Shown one piece after another: positions 37,928 to 38,890 of a DNA stretch of 38,890 nucleotides; position 1 is the first letter of the stretch, and each line of letters opens with the position of its first letter. The translations under genes were made by a program, and so were the position numbers. The stretch is from Escherichia phage ECA2. Location of the stretch: sequence record NC_047766.1. One strand, 5' to 3'. Under the pieces are notes generated by a model, which had not been told where the DNA came from, searched no databases, and worked only from the letters and a program-made list of their open reading frames with translations.

Positions 37928-38890
37928 ATGGCTAACATTCAAGGCGGACAGCAAATTGGTACTAATCAGGGTAAGGGTCAGTCCGCAGCGGACAAATTGG
38001 CGCTGTTCCTGAAAGTGTTCGGCGGTGAAGTCCTGACGGCTTTCGCTCGCACCTCCGTGACCATGCCTCGTCACATGCTGCGCTCTATTGCTTCTGGTAA
38101 GTCCGCACAGTTCCCTGTGATTGGTCGCACCAAAGCTGCTTACCTGAAACCGGGTGAGAACCTCGATGACAAACGTAAGGATATCAAACACACCGAGAAG
38201 GTAATCCACATTGATGGCCTACTTACTGCGGACGTTCTGATTTACGACATTGAGGACGCGATGAACCACTACGACGTTCGCGCCGAGTACACCGCACAGT
38301 TGGGTGAATCTCTGGCGATGGCGGCTGACGGTGCTGTACTGGCTGAACTGGCTGGTCTGGTTAACCTGCCGGACGCCTCCAATGAGAACATCGAGGGTCT
38401 CGGTAAGCCTACCGTACTGACTCTGGTTAAGCCGACCACTGGCGACCTGACTGACCCGGTTGAGCTGGGTAAAGCGATTATCGCTCAGTTGACCGTTGCT
38501 CGTGCTGCTTTGACCAAGAACTACGTTCCGGCTGCTGACCGTACTTTCTACACCACTCCTGATAACTACTCCGCGATTCTGGCTGCTCTGATGCCGAACG
38601 CTGCAAACTATCAGGCACTGATTGACCCTGAGCGCGGTACTATCCGTAACGTGATGGGCTTCGAAGTGGTTGAGGTTCCGCACCTGACTGCTGGTGGTGC
38701 TGGTGATGACCGTGAGGACACTCCGGCTGGCCAGAAGCACGCTTTCCCGGCGACTTCCAGCACTACCGTTAAGGTTGCTCTGGATAACGTTGTTGGCCTG
38801 TTCCAGCACCGCTCTGCGGTTGGTACGGTCAAGCTGAAAGACTTGGCTCTGGAGCGCGCTCGTCGTGCGAACTATCAGGCTGACCAGATT
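37928..38890 (+). CDS. 10A: Major capsid protein 10A, 5' part (runs off the window end; continues at 1..81)
   Basis: ATG 37928 with RBS TAAGGAG; MANIQGGQQIGTNQGKG...FLKVFGGEVLTAFARTSV matches recalled T7 gp10A. Confidence 0.97.
   Translation, partial: MANIQGGQQIGTNQGKGQSAADKLALFLKVFGGEVLTAFARTSVTMPRHMLRSIASGKSAQFPVIGRTKAAYLKPGENLDDKRKDIKHTEKVIHIDGLLTADVLIYDIEDAMNHYDVRAEYTAQLGESLAMAADGAVLAELAGLVNLPDASNENIEGLGKPTVLTLVKPTTGDLTDPVELGKAIIAQLTVARAALTKNYVPAADRTFYTTPDNYSAILAALMPNAANYQALIDPERGTIRNVMGFEVVEVPHLTAGGAGDDREDTPAGQKHAFPATSSTTVKVALDNVVGLFQHRSAVGTVKLKDLALERARRANYQADQI

Noticed and set aside
37208-38809. Minus-strand ORFs of 175 and 196 aa opposite genes 9 and 10
   Set aside because: Antisense to highly conserved scaffold and capsid genes; low-complexity Ser/Thr/Val-rich translations; no expression signals.

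Overview
The window reads as a complete, circularly permuted genome of a strictly lytic T7-group podophage (Autographiviridae, T3/T7-like). All recognisable genes are on the + strand. The major capsid gene 10A starts at 37928, runs off the window end and finishes at 1..81 in the same frame, so the window ends are an assembly artefact rather than the physical genome ends. Fifteen phage-RNAP promoters match the T3-type consensus (ATTAACCCTCACTAAAGGGAGA) and the RNA polymerase is an 884-aa single-subunit enzyme. The early region, however, is T7-like: three host-RNAP promoters (A1/A2/A3-like), Ocr (gp0.3) and gp0.4, with no SAM hydrolase. Gene order otherwise follows T3/T7: early genes, RNAP, DNA metabolism genes 1.1 to 6, then structural and packaging genes 6.7 to 19.5. 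The physical genome ends are probably at the direct terminal repeat (about 16454..16690), flanked by CCTAAAG-type short repeats. Features not explained by a plain T7 gene map are: (1) an endonuclease-VII-type HNH ORF between 18.5 and 19, with terminase gene 19 apparently starting at TTG; (2) a second HNH ORF between promoter phi1.3 and the ligase gene; (3) a tail-fibre gene with a T7-like N-terminus, perfect 21-bp tandem repeats and a C-terminal S74-type intramolecular chaperone domain; (4) a Big_2 Ig-like ORF in the -1 frame after 10A, behind a CCCAAAG slippery heptamer; (5) a 94-aa early ORF flanked by two near-identical RNase III-type hairpins. No tRNA, CRISPR array, integrase or lysogeny module was seen. 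All calls are from reading the sequence and recalled family knowledge; no database search was run.
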